From positions 1 through 61,830 of the forward strand of contig NMRA01000596.1 of assembly GCA_002633005.1 (NCBI GenBank): a stretch of DNA of 61,830 nucleotides, given 5' to 3'. This DNA comes from Phoronis australis. Taxonomy: Eukaryota > Animalia > Phoronida. Position 1 is the first letter of the stretch; every line of letters begins with the position of its first letter. The position numbers were made by a program, and so were the translations under genes. This document shows positions 49,185-61,830 of this stretch, in pieces. The notes under the pieces are model-generated. The model was not told the DNA's origin. It did no database searches and saw only the letters and a list, made by a program, of their open reading frames with translations.

Positions 49185-50800
49185 TACTACAACTTTATTG
49201 AACTTTAAAGCCTGCGGCCCATATAATAAGAAATCAAAATACATAAAAATACAAAGAGGCTTGCATTGCTGAAATAAACGTATGCAATTCACCATTTATA
49301 CTCATATTATAATTTGCTAGTTCACAGAACTGCAGGTACTGCATGTATTTAGACAGATAAACCGATAGTGAGATATCTTGCATTAAGCTAATGCAGAATA
49401 TAAGCAATTTGTAAATGCGAGAATAAACTTGCATGTATCTCGTAAATCATCATGTAAAGTACATTTTGTTATAAAAAGGAACTCGTCCTCAATTAAAAAT
49501 ATTCCAAATTTTTGACAAGTTACATACTATCTCAATTCCGTGTCTATTCTACGCCTCCCTATTTCAATTTCTAAACAACGATTTTAGCATCTAATTTCAG
49601 TTATAATTTTTATAAGATATGCATTTTCGATCACCTCTACATGTAGGTAATGTGCCATACAAAAATTATGAAAAACATCGGCATACAAAGATAATTTACC
49701 ATTACAATTGACTTTAGTTTCCCATTCTTGGAAAATACAATCCTTTACCCTTTGTTTAAACTCGGACAGAAAAATGGCTTTCACCTACCCCTTGCTGAGC
49801 CCAAGTCAAACCCGTATTTACATAACAATTTCCTGATATGAGTTACCCAAGCAGTTTTTCCATGTTCGTCATATACTCGCTACAGTTCGTACCATACTTT
49901 TGGAAGCTTATCCCATCACATCTCTAATATTGTCAACAAGTAATTGAGATATCTTTTGAAACAATTGGCATACGAAGAACTAACCAGCTGAAAGTGTTGT
50001 CACTGACTCAAATCCGTATTTACGTAACAAATGTCCGATATGAGTCGCCCAAGTAGTTTTTCCTAGTTCGGAATATACTCTCAACTATTCGTAGGACACG
50101 TTTAAAAGCCCTCCTCAAGTAATTTTTACCAATATTTGAAACATTTTATGGAGTAATTAGCATGCAATAGGAATCTTCCCATTCTCCAAGAACTGTACAG
50201 TTGAAAGTACATATGTATTATCACTGACTCTAAATATGTATTTACAAAAGGTTAACTCCACATCCTCATTGATTTTGTAGGGCTGATAGCCCCACACAGT
50301 ATGGGTGTTATTTTTTAAGCAAGGTAGTGTTGCAGTTTATACCATTGTGGATCTGTGAATAAAATTACCCTTACAATCGCATTCCTTCAGACGTTTGTGT
50401 CATGACTTTAAAAGTAATGTGAACAGGAACAGACTTAGTACACACCCTTGTCTCACTCGTGTTATGCATTTAAAGAAGCTTGTTCTGTGAGCATTATCCA
50501 ATCGTACAGACGATTCTAACTTTTCATACATTGATTGGATTACACTTAATATGCTACCATCGACACTGGCACTGATAATTTTATGGAATAGGAATCTGAA
50601 TTGTACACTATCAAACGACTTCTTAAAATCTACTTCCATAGCATAGCATCTACCCTTTTTCTTAATTAAAATATTTTTTCACCAATGCATCTAGGATAAA
50701 TATTTGGTCAATTGTGCTGCATGATTTTCTAAATCCTTTCTGCTCTTCTTTCAGAATTTTTGCACTGGTCGCCCACTCAGTCATCCAGTAATTAAGTACA
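49185..50800 (-). mobile_element. Decayed LINE (RTEX/RTE-like), 5'-truncated
   Basis: GFRKSCSTIDQIF, VDFKKSFDSV, RVRQGCVLSLFLF; C-terminal LEIEIGR..IEDEF; AATAAA near 49195 on the minus strand. Confidence 0.8.
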
Positions 50801-51813
50801 CTGTAAATTGACGAATAAATTGTGTCAGCGTCAATATTTTTAAGTAATTAGTTAAGATAGATAAATTTTAAGTTGACCAAAATTTGTGCAGATGCACTTT
50901 TAAATCATGGGGTCAAACTTGTTGACATGAATTGTAACGTCAAGATTTATTTTTAGATGGCGTTTACTACTTTGGGTTAGGAGTCAAAGTCCTCTTAAGA
51001 TTCTAGAAATTTCTACGAGCAAATAGTAACAGCCAATGACGTGATTGGATATATTCATGTGGTCTTTATTAGCTAATCGTTAAATAAGTGTATCATTATA
51101 ATTAGGGCTGAAATTAACAGAGTACTGAGATGAGCTATAGTAGTTGAAGCTAGAAGACTTGCTACAGTGTACAGAAGCAATTGTGCAACAGAGCCATCTC
51201 GTGGAATATTCTAAAGAGGATCTTGGCAAGGGCAAGGGTTAACGAATAGGAAGTTAACTAAGACCTTGTCATTTACATCGCGGGTAGCGAGATAATACCT
51301 ACATGTATACATGTAGCATCACGAAGGACTGTGACTCAAGCCAAATTATAATTGAAGTTGTTTTCAGTTGTTGGGGTTGTACGTAATGGGTGGAAAAAAG
51401 TCGACGCCGTTGCAGTTTTACCAGTGCCCTACTGAATAGGTCTGAGGAAAGTACGCGGAGAGCCGCCTTTTTGAGATATGAAAAGGTGCGTACATGTATG
51501 TAAAAGACATCAGGAACTGCAACTTGACTGAGAACGCACTGTGTTCAAATTTCCTAAATACGTGAAAGTTGCACAGAGACGGAATTGGTTTGTGCACCGC
51601 ACTAGAGTATGGAACCTCAGTGTGGAATATGTGACTCATTCGAAAGCCACACGTAATTCAAGGAATCGCGTTTCGACCACACACGAAAACGGCGTTACGA
51701 TGAAGGACTTGCCACCGTGAAAGTGAATTTTCAAATTTTATAAATAACGAATGACCCGCTTCAAATCTAGGGGCTGAGTGATACCAGGACCAGGTCGAGT
51801 GCTACCACAAATA

Positions 51814-52964
51814 CACCCGATTTCATGAAGTTGGTTATACAAAACCAGGTTTAAGACTTAAACCTGCTCTTCCTAAACCTGGCCTAATTTGAGGCCTACC
51901 TTGCATTTCACCAACGTGGTTTAAAAGTTTGAAACCCTGGTTTTGTTAGAAAATGGAGCGGTTTATTAAAAGCAGGTTTAAAGTATTCAAGCCGCAATAC
52001 TCGGTCAATCTGGATTACCCAAACAAAGAAACTACATGTATTAAAGTGCTTCAATGAAACCTCGATCATGTGGTTATACATGTACAATGGCACACAGTAG
52101 TAGAATCAGAGCACACATTTGCGAACAAGGTCTAAAAGCTTTTCTCACGAGAAAAAATGCAATGTCTGTTCCCAACACACGTTCACGCATTAAAGTACGT
52201 TCTCACGATTAGCCGCAACATAATGAATGCCCACATTTATGTACCTGTCGTTTTAGGGTTTATTTTTGCGGTCAAGGGTGGGGGGGCAGGACCCAAGCCC
52301 GGCAACATTAAATCGGGGACCAAGGGAGGTGGAACTCAGTCAGAAAAATCAGAAGATGCCGTCTTCAGTCAAATCCGTAGCGCTTACGACGATGACGCCC
52401 TGCTTGACCAGTCGTATTCTGAGGAACCCGAAGGACACCCTACAACACGTATTGGTCTACGCATAGGCGGAACGTGGGGTGTGATACGAAATCTATAATT
52501 TTCAATTTGTTGACCAGGTCACCCTTTTAAAAATTCCTTGATCCGACCCACTCCTTTTAAAAAGCCTGGATCTGCCCCTGCTACATTTCATCGTGCGTCG
52601 TTGTAAAGCTGAAATTTGAAAATAATTCATTCTCTCTCTAAAACTGGGTCGTAAATGCACACCTCAGCATCATTCAGTTTCACCTAAATGTGCAAATCTT
52701 ACATATTTAACAGTGTTAAACCTGGATTTGATCAAGTCTAAAATTAAACCTGGTTTAAGATCTTAATATAGGTCTAAGGACTATAGTCCCGGTTGGTGAA
52801 TTAAAACCGACTTAGACCGGGTCTAAGCTGGAGTTAAACCAGGGTTTACTAGACCACTAATCTAAAACTTAAGACACTTTGATGAAATGCAGATTATCTT
52901 TAAACCTGGTCTAAGTCCAGTTTAAACTAGGTTTAACTTTAACCTATCTTTATAAAATCGGCTG
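51814..52964. mobile_element. Non-autonomous 3-bp-TSD TIR transposon, copy 2 of 12049-13210
   Basis: CACCCGATTTCATGAAG ... TTTATAAAATCGGCTG; TSD ATA; colinear with copy 1 including the nested MITE. Confidence 0.9.
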
Positions 52965-53039
52965 ATATTGTTTAGACAGTGCTCATTCCATCATGACTAT
53001 AGTGAATACGAGTGAAACAGGATTAAAGAGTGTCAATTC

Positions 53040-54420
53040 TTAGTTATTATTAAGTTTCTATTGGTTCAGTTGATTGTGGATCACACATGTCTGCAGCATT
53101 TCTCGTGTAAAAAGGTCAAATTCATACGACCTCATAGCCAACAAAATTTCTCTAAGTGGGAAGTCGAATTCAATACTGCATTTAAAATTTCTCTCTCCGT
53201 CTACGCTCAAACACAAAGCATTATAGCTACATTTTAAACTAAACCCACAATAATTTTTTGACAAACTTAAACTATTTAATCGCTTTACCAGATTCAACTC
53301 TCAAGTGGATTTCAAGCAAACACCTCAATTAAGTTTTACAAATGTGAATAGCAAAATCGATCATTAATTGGGACGGAGCCCTTGCACTGTCTTCATTTGG
53401 AAGTTGAAAGTGACATTTTTGAAGTAGTTTTCCTACCCATAATCCTCTGGAGGGCGACATTCCTAGAAAAAGTGTGACAGCGATTCTGGAGCATAGATTG
53501 GAATACGAAACTTGAATTTTGACTAAAGAAAAATTTGTCGCGATAATCCTGTGTAATACTCTAAATTGAGACTATCTAATGTTGAGATCCTTTGTAATTA
53601 ATTTTCAGAAGGCAATGCGTAAATTTTCTTCCGATCTCCAAAAACTCTCTTTCCCATTTACGCTTGTACAGTACTTAGAAGGTTTCTTGGAATCGTTTAA
53701 GAATGAACAAATACATAAATGTCTACAACCCATCACATCCTTCCCTAATTGAGTAATTGCCAAAGGAATGCAAGGAGAAGACATATTAACACTTTTAAAT
53801 TTACTTTTGAAACAACACCGTAATACTCTGCAAAGTTGGTTTTTCATGACATGAACTAAACTAAAGAAATTGTCATCATACATAACTGTTATGAATATTA
53901 AGACTTTTACAAACCAAGACATAAAATCACCCTTGCCTCTGATCCCCAGGCTCCTAGTGAACCACAATAAATGATTCAAAAAGTGTTCTTTTCTCGCAAA
54001 AAATGTTTTCTTTGAGAAAATTGTCATACTTCCAAATACGTCGCGTCAATAGGAATTACATTTTTTCAATAAGAATCTTCTCCAAATGAAGCAAAATACT
54101 AAGGGTAGAGTAAGTATGCTATATCACCACCTTTAGACATGGGGCTTTCAACATATCTACGGGAAATGGCGAGTTTTAAATCTTTGCCCAAAGTATGTAC
54201 TTTAACCATTTGAAGCCCCCCTTGATCTAGTGCTAAACAGGTCGTAGTTCGTTAAATTTTGTCACTACTTGCCTGCATAAGAATTTAAGGAATCTCGCAA
54301 TCAATTCATCTAAAACCTAAATTAGTGGACGTGGTGAACCTGACAACAAAAATTTAGGTTTCAAAATATCTAAGGTTTAAATAATAGCTACTCTACCAAA
54401 CGGAGTTTTCTGAACTTTGC
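53040..54420 (-). mobile_element. Decayed L1/Tx1 ORF2 3' region
   Basis: Minus-strand remnants TCLALDQGGLQM, YRITQDY/LHRIIATN and ESLSHFF*EC (zf-RVT-like). Confidence 0.65.
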
Positions 54421-56513
54421 TGAAAATGTCACCACATTCTTTTCCCTTCATAAATTCAAGCACAATTCACAGAATTATAGTTAAAAATTATTTTTTGCTT
54501 TCCAAACTGTAAACACAGTTTAAGTCATACGTGTATAAACCAACTTGTAGTGAATAGCGATACAGGCAAGTGAACAAGAATTTTATGGTGTACTAACTCT
54601 GAAAACAAAGCATTGAAACTAATGAATTGTTTATTGTACATTCTATATATCCACACTTAATAACCATCCCCATTACACTGTTCACTGTTTAGCTGCAATA
54701 GGTTGTACGACAATGCAGTTGATAAAACTTGGCCTAAAATTATATCGTTGTTGCGCCAGCTAGATTATTCTAGGTTATTCTTGAATTTTAATCCCCTTGA
54801 TTAAAAATTTAGAACATGTATCAATTTTATGGCGATTTCTTACCATACTGTTTATAGGAACTAATGTTCAAAGTGCAGTAAGAATGTAAGTGTATATTTT
54901 GCCATCTCGTCACTGTTCAAGCCAGTTCTTTTTGACATTTGGATTGTAGCTGGAACACACCTTTGGTTGTTTATCGTCAGTTGTTGTTAATCACTCATGG
55001 GATTGCTGTTATGCAAGTAAAGTCAACACCATTTCTTTTCGTATTTTGCTGATTTGGAAGCAAACTCCACTATCTCAATAAGTAGTCATGGACTGTCAGA
55101 TTACAGTGCTTTAGCATTCCAAGAAAACTATATTCTTGTTATGAGTCTATGAGAGGAAAACTATTGTTTGAAATTGATCTCTATGCGTTTTGAAAAAGGT
55201 AATGTTGTTAATTGTAATGTTGAGTAGTTATGGAGGTATCACCAATCTGCATCTGAACATTATACTCTTAGTATTATTGCAGTTTTCATTGCGCGATACG
55301 GCATATATGAAACTTCACTCGTTAAATATATTTAATGTATGTTAGAATATGGACTCGTCCCACTTACACCCCCATCTTTCGGACTGGCCCATTAACCCCT
55401 TGTGTAGATTCGCATGCGGTCCTCGTGCACTCGAGGCACCAGGACATTCCATTTCCAGCCTCACTATTGGTTCGTTTGTGTTACTGCCACGAGTTTGGTC
55501 AGCACCTGGCTTCCATAGGCTGATGATTGTCACGTGTCGTTGGAATCTAATCTCTCTTCATTTTCTTCCCATCCTCTACCACCCTCTCCTGTGCGTGGTT
55601 CCTCTTACCTGACTGCTGGCGCTTTTTATTGCCCATCTTTCCAGAGATTATTATTTTATCTTTACGTTATTTGTACACTCATATTTCTGTACCTTATCAG
55701 TCATAATAAATGACCTTATATCGCCTATACACGGTCTCCTTTGTATCTCTGGTAACGGAGCTTGCGACGCACCTATTATTTTCGGGACATATTCCGAAAA
55801 TAAATATATCTTTGTATCCCATACGCGTTGAATCTTTCGAGGGAAATACTGTCATTTAATAATGTTCCGTATTCACCTCCCGCACTACTTCACCAGTGGC
55901 CTCCGACATGGAAAGTTCAAGATGCAGGTCAATGTTGACTCGTCGTTAGCCGGTTAGATCGACAACTTTTCGGAATATGGTTTGAAACAATACAGTTGTA
56001 GCAGTGTAAATACCACTCAACATACAATCACGTCTCAATTGTAACATCAGGAACAGGACTGTTTATTATATGAAAGTTCTGTCTCAGTCTTCATTTGCTA
56101 AATATTCTATCGACTGCAACTCAGACGCCGAATCCTCTGTAACTATAATATCAAATATTGTTCTTATTTAACGATTTTCGGAACTTGTTACAAGTTCAAC
56201 GCAAAGTTACCTTTGTTTTCTTCTTTGTTATCTTTTTTTCCAGTAATAAATTGTTACATTAAAATCTGTTTCTTTTACTAGAGAAAAATAGCAAACTATC
56301 GCGCAAGTACATACATATAAGATGTGATCTGCCACGTGAACAGTCAAGTGAAGTATTTAAAAATCTGCAGAAAAAAATGAAAGAAACTTAGAAATTCGAA
56401 ACGATCTCGGTCGATACGCGGAATAATGTCTCGTGGTATACCACGTTAGGTACGCCACTGTCGATACATTGTGGGTGTCTGAAGAATATACAATTATATG
56501 TATATATTTATAC

Positions 56514-56516
<3 letters not shown>

Positions 56517-56553
<37 letters not shown>
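56517..56553. repeat. (AT)n microsatellite
   Basis: About 18 AT dinucleotides. Confidence 0.95.
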
Positions 56554-56555
<2 letters not shown>

Positions 56556-57569
56556 CACACATTCTTTCAATTTGTGGTTTGTATTAATAAATCTCAAATA
56601 TTTATCTTACCACATTTCATCTTTCTTCGCTTCAAACTACCTTCAGGTCACGTGCTCTGCAAATATGGGGTATACTAATACAATGTTCTCCTAAATTAAA
56701 TTCATGTAGTCAGATTTGTCCATTACATTCCATTCAATCATCACATTGTTGTGCAATATTGAGTCGATTAGAGACTGACTATTTGTGTTAGAGGTCCAAT
56801 TAGTCAACTTAACTGGATAACCTTATTTTCCTATCAGGAGAACAAAACTGGTTTTGTAGTGTTGACCATATCTCGAAGAGCACGTTTCTTTAAATAGTAC
56901 CAGGTTAATTCATTTTACCCATTCTTCATCCCATTTAACTACGGAACTTGCTCATGACATAAGAGTCTAATTATAACGTTTACATAAAATGTCTACATGG
57001 TCTTCCCTTTTTGATGTTTTATTGATATCTCTCAATATCCAATGCATTTTTATCAAAACTCAATGTTACATGTATACCATGTGGTACTGCGTTAAACTTT
57101 ATTTACTAGGGTACTTACCACATTGCATTTTGTTGCATTTCCGATGTAGCAGATAGCATTTCTGTTTTTGTTTAAGATACTCTTATTGTTGTGCAAGTAT
57201 GCTATGGATACCCATTAGTGTAGCATTTTTATGACATTAAGTGCCGATAGTTTGCCGTTTTGTTTAGTTACTCCATTGTAGTTTGTATAGTTTAAGTTTT
57301 TTGGACATTAATAAATGTCTTTAATTTCTTTCTTGGGGTTGTTTATCTTATTTAAGTGCAAACTAGGTGCGGATTACGTCTTACGTAGATATGAAAAACG
57401 TAAATGATAATATCGCGTTTCTTTGTTTCAAGGTATAAATGGTTTACGTCTTTGTTCTTAAAAAGGACCACATATACAAAAATAAGCTTTGATATGCACA
57501 TTTCAGATGCACTGAAGGTCTGTTCTTGTTTACTTATTTCCAAAATAATTTTACAGACGTGACGTGTGC

Positions 57570-58372
57570 TTGATTAAAACGCCTTCAACCCACAACCCCC
57601 GCGACCCATGACCCACAACCCCTTCGACCCAGGAGCTGTGGCAATACATGTATCTGAGCACTTTTTACACATTTTATAACCATATTACGTCCATTCATGA
57701 CTTTTCCTTTACATATACCTACGCGCCAGTCTGCTCTGGTCTAGTGATTAAAAAGAGAAGTTGGCGTTAGAACGTGATCTAAAATAGCGCACTGTGAGCG
57801 CGCTATCGTTGTTACGGACATAGTTCCACGAGCGGTTACCAATGGCACTGTTCTACTAAACATAGGTAGAGAGTACAGGTACGTTAACGTGATTGTACAT
57901 AATTTCACGTTTTCATTATTTGCTTCCTGTTCTATTCTCGTTTACAATATAATCCACATAACGCTGAGATAATTTTTGGTTAACAGTTTGTTTATCAAAG
58001 TGTATTCACATATGAAGTAACATTTTTGTCGGTTCCACGCACTTTCCCAAAAAAGCTTAAATCTGCCAGTCACTGGAGAGGAGGCAAGAGGATTACAATC
58101 TACCTGTAAAGACCCTTGTAACGTTGGAAGGTCGTTGGCTTGAATTTTTTTAATCTGTTTTTGGCTTTCATACTTACCGAATCGACTACCTGAATTGCAA
58201 AAAACAGGGAAAAGCCAGCCGTACTCAGAGCCTAAATCGTTGGTCCTGCACGTCAGCGCTTGTTCTAGGCTCAGATCAAGTCTAACATGTGTAAACTCGA
58301 TCCAGGGGATTGTGCGTCGCGATTTGAGGGGTTTGTGGGTCGTGGGTCGAGGGGTCACGGAGTATAGTGGCC
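57570..58372 (+). mobile_element. CGACCCA-repeat TIR element, copy 3
   Basis: Colinear with 26390-27150 (CTGTGGCAATA.ATGTATCT, ACTGTGAGCG.GCTATC, TTTTTGGCTTTCA, GTCAGCGCTTGTTCTA). Confidence 0.75.
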
Positions 58373-59877
58373 GCTGAGATACATGTATGCGCTCACCGTG
58401 TGCATGACATACACTGTAAAAGTCAAATTCAATGGTTGATTACTGCATATATTTCAAACATTTTCCCTAAGGCAGCAATGCCAGTAAATACAAATATCTT
58501 ACAAGGATTTCAAAGCAAATTTACAATGTTTTCCTAAATAGGACTACACCTGCCAATATCGTAAGAAATAAAATCGGCACTAAGAGACACAGCGATATAG
58601 TCAGATATATACAAAAGTCGACGCCACCAGTTGTCATTTTCACAAAAATCCAATTGACAATTTTTACAAGGATCCTTAAAGGGGTTTGGGAAAAAAGCTG
58701 AGGATCTTAAAAAGCAAAATCTAAAAGTGCCATTAGGGTACACAAAATTTTCAAAAATTAATTTCAGCCATGTTCTGCCCAAAAAATATACATGTACATG
58801 TATCTAGTATTCACTATGATACTAAGAGCGGTTTGTCCGATAGGCCGATGGATAACAATAAAATGTCACTACTCTATGTCGAATCCACCTGAAAACGGGA
58901 AGGCGTCATAGTCTCTTTTAATACAAATGTGTTTGCCGAACCGTATTTAACAAAGACGGTGACTTGCTGATCTTGTGTTTTTCTGAAGTTCTTTTTTATT
59001 TTACGGCGGAGTAATCATTGACTGAAGCACATTCATAACACAGATTTCACGTATAAAAACGTAAATTTGATTCGATTTTTGGTGATTATTTAACACAATT
59101 CCACGAAATCCTTTTGCAATTGCAATCAAACTTGTTCTGCTTCACGTAAAAAAGAGCGGCTGCAGTTCACCAATAACCTTTGTCGTCACCATAAGCTGGA
59201 TAGTCCTTTATTGTTTTAACTGATTCACGTTACAGAGATCCTGTTGCTTTCAAGTTCGCCAAAATCGACACTTTTGCTGCATAAGTCACTCCAAGTTGCT
59301 CGAGGATTCTATTTCTGCTCCAATACAGGAATAAGTTACTTTGAGTGAATTTGCGCCCTTATACCCTATCTCAGTGAATACTTGGACAAATTAAAAAGAA
59401 ACACAACGTATAGCAACGACATGATTATAAAGTGAGTGGTTAGAAACTGTCAAATGTTTTCAAGACGGAATTTGAAAAGAAAATGATCAGCTGCAAATCA
59501 CTGAGCCGTGTCCCGTAAATATCCAGACGTCTTGCTGGCGAAACATGTGCCTGCAAGGTAATTCATTAGTGCAAAGTTCACCTGTTTGCAGATTTTTTTG
59601 ATTTCACATTTACAACTTTTCAAAGAATACAATTGCACTTTGCTTAGCGTAAATGATGTTCAAATAGCATCGTCGCTTTGTTCGTGCTATACATTAGAAT
59701 AGTTGGGAGCATGCACACACATGTACATGTACACCCTTAAGGCGAAAAACTACATGTATCCGTCGCAGAAAAGTCAGCATCCTCATCAAGCGGCGAAATG
59801 CGACCGCGGAGGTCACGAATTCGGATTCTTCTATGGCCTCATCTCCATGCAACAATGCTCTCGCTGGTTGTTCCACT

Positions 59878-60041
59878 TTAATGTATACATATGAGAGGGC
59901 CCAAAGTTATATTTGTTATTTCGTGCTTTGCATTGATGTCCCCCTGATAAAACTTGATGAGCGGCAGGTCCTCTTTTGATACTATGTAGCCCTCGTCGAC
60001 CAGCCATTCTCTGGTATTGGCGTCACAGTTGCATATCTTAC
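59878..60041 (-). CDS. Terminal coding exon of a protein with a neurexin-IV/Caspr (CNTNAP)-type fibrinogen-like domain
   Basis: Acceptor TTCTCTTCATTTTAG|G; translation (G)KICNCDANTREWLVDEGYIVSKEDLPLIKFYQGDINAKHEITNITLGPLICIH* matches CNCDA..W..D.G.L..K..LP..GD..LGPL.C; missing from the ORF track. Confidence 0.8.
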
Positions 60042-61830
60042 CTAAAATGAAGAGAATCTCAGGTCTTTATTAAGGTTGAAACACTGGGTGAAACTTAATA
60101 TATACTAAGCCTTATTTTTGAGATTTTATTCAATGTAGTACATTTCATCTGCTAGTCAAGCTTAATTTGCCACCAGCTTTCCAAATGCACTAGTCAGCTA
60201 AAAGACTTCATTTTTTCGCAAAAGAGATCTTGTGGTTTAGGAATCTGGGAGGTCTATCCAGACAACCGTCGACCAACTTGCTAAAAGTCACACGTTGCCA
60301 CGTTTGTTCTTTTAGCGAACTTAATCCGTTTCAAAGGAAACAAACTGTACACAATATTTAATAATGGGACAAAATTGGGTTTAGTGTACTTGTATATTAC
60401 AATTCCAAAATCTTGTTACTAAAATATGAACTATAAGCAACTTTTTAATAAGTATAGCCCAAAACGTTTCCTTTTGGCACAGTTTGTGCAAGGACTGGTT
60501 TTAGGTTTTGTGTAATAGTTGGCTAACCAGGTATTTTTACATAAAGCACAAAAATTACAATACAAACCACTAATTCCTTATATCTGTGATTGCTTGGTCA
60601 AATTAGTTAGAAACACAACATGGTTGAAAATTTACATTTTAGGAAAGAGGTTTTGTGTCAAAAATGATCTGCCACAAATCACTCAACCGTGTCCAGTAAG
60701 TATCGTGATTAGTGTTCGAACTGTGCTGGCCCGCGTGGCCAATTAGTTTGAAAAGAAACTAGCCCAGCTGCCAAATTGCTGTCCCTGCTTTGATAGCATC
60801 CAAAATACAAGTTTCTCCATCGTCTCTGTTCACACTAAATGTTCATACTCTTGAGAACCCTATTTTAACGAGTTGCTATACCACCTGACCCACAACAAAT
60901 TGCAACAAAACATTTTAAAGTGGTTTAATGCCCTACTGAGTATGCTTGTTAACATGAAAAAAGTCTACCAAAATCTGACCACCGGTAATAGGTTAAAACT
61001 GCGTCATTTCTAAGATGGCCGCCACGACGTTTGGAAATCACTAAAACAGCTACAAATTCTTCAATGACTGTGATAGAGTCTGGCATAACTTTGGTACTAG
61101 TCCATGGTTTTAATGGGTGCGAAACTCACTGTGGTTAAAATTCAGATATGATCAGTATTTCATATGAAATTTAAGATGGCGGCTAAAAACTGAAGAACGA
61201 AAATCCAGTAATTGTCCATTGTATTGGGTGATCAAAAAATTTTTCGAACATTAAATCTTACAATTTTCTTGAAAACAATCATTGAAATTGCACGAAATTT
61301 TGCACATGTGCGTATTTATCTAACGACAGTATCAATAAAAAATAAAAAGATACACTGTGTTTTCACTACAGGACATGAAAGATACTTTTGAAACTCAAAA
61401 ATGTCAATGCCAAATTAGCCAGCATAATTACACAAAGTATCATCGAGGATTGTGGCACTTGGCTATCAATTTACTGAGGAGTGTGTTGGATTATGTTAGA
61501 AAATGTTTTGTCGGTTCGGTGCTAGAGTTTGCAAAGTACAGAATAGATGGTAATCTCGAGTGCTGAGAAAGAATTTATTGGAGTTAATCACAACATACTT
61601 TACACAAAATCACGGGTGCAAACTAATGAACTACATCGTTTGGAATGTGCTGACAGATAATGTACATGTATGCCAAGGTTGTATAGGTTGTAATATAATC
61701 AATAACTTAAACTTGGAGAACTTCTTCCTTACTTAAAAAGTAGCCTTCAGTATCAAAATGACTAGACACACTAGGTGCCAGCCACTAAAATACTTATTTG
61801 TCAACATGACTTATGATCGTTTAGGTTACA

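Noticed and set aside
52157-52498. 113-aa ORF inside the TIR element as a transposase
   Set aside because: No DDE motif, and the frame is not preserved in the 12049 copy.

Overview
AT-rich invertebrate genomic DNA, probably mollusc or other lophotrochozoan (inferred from TACATGTA enrichment and the transposon set), with three N-gaps (11284, 28200-28695, 42365-42990). The left ~26 kb is a degraded tandem array holding seven co-oriented, intronless copies of a small (~87-94 aa) helical protein gene in two subfamilies, ordered A,A,B,A,B,A,B. The protein is not a histone. Yet all six copies that keep a 3' end carry a replication-dependent-histone-type signal: AGCCCT-TYTA-AGGGCT stem-loop, an ACCCA-like tail and a purine-rich downstream element (perfect in three copies, degenerate in three). 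This is the main candidate novel system. All seven copies here carry lesions. The right half has a Kolobok transposon spanning a gap, an intact single-exon 930-aa LRR-Ig-TM receptor gene, a RecQ-helicase remnant, LINE fragments, several MITE families and a minus-strand terminal exon of a neurexin-IV/Caspr-like domain gene. All alignments were done by eye, so repeat boundaries are approximate.
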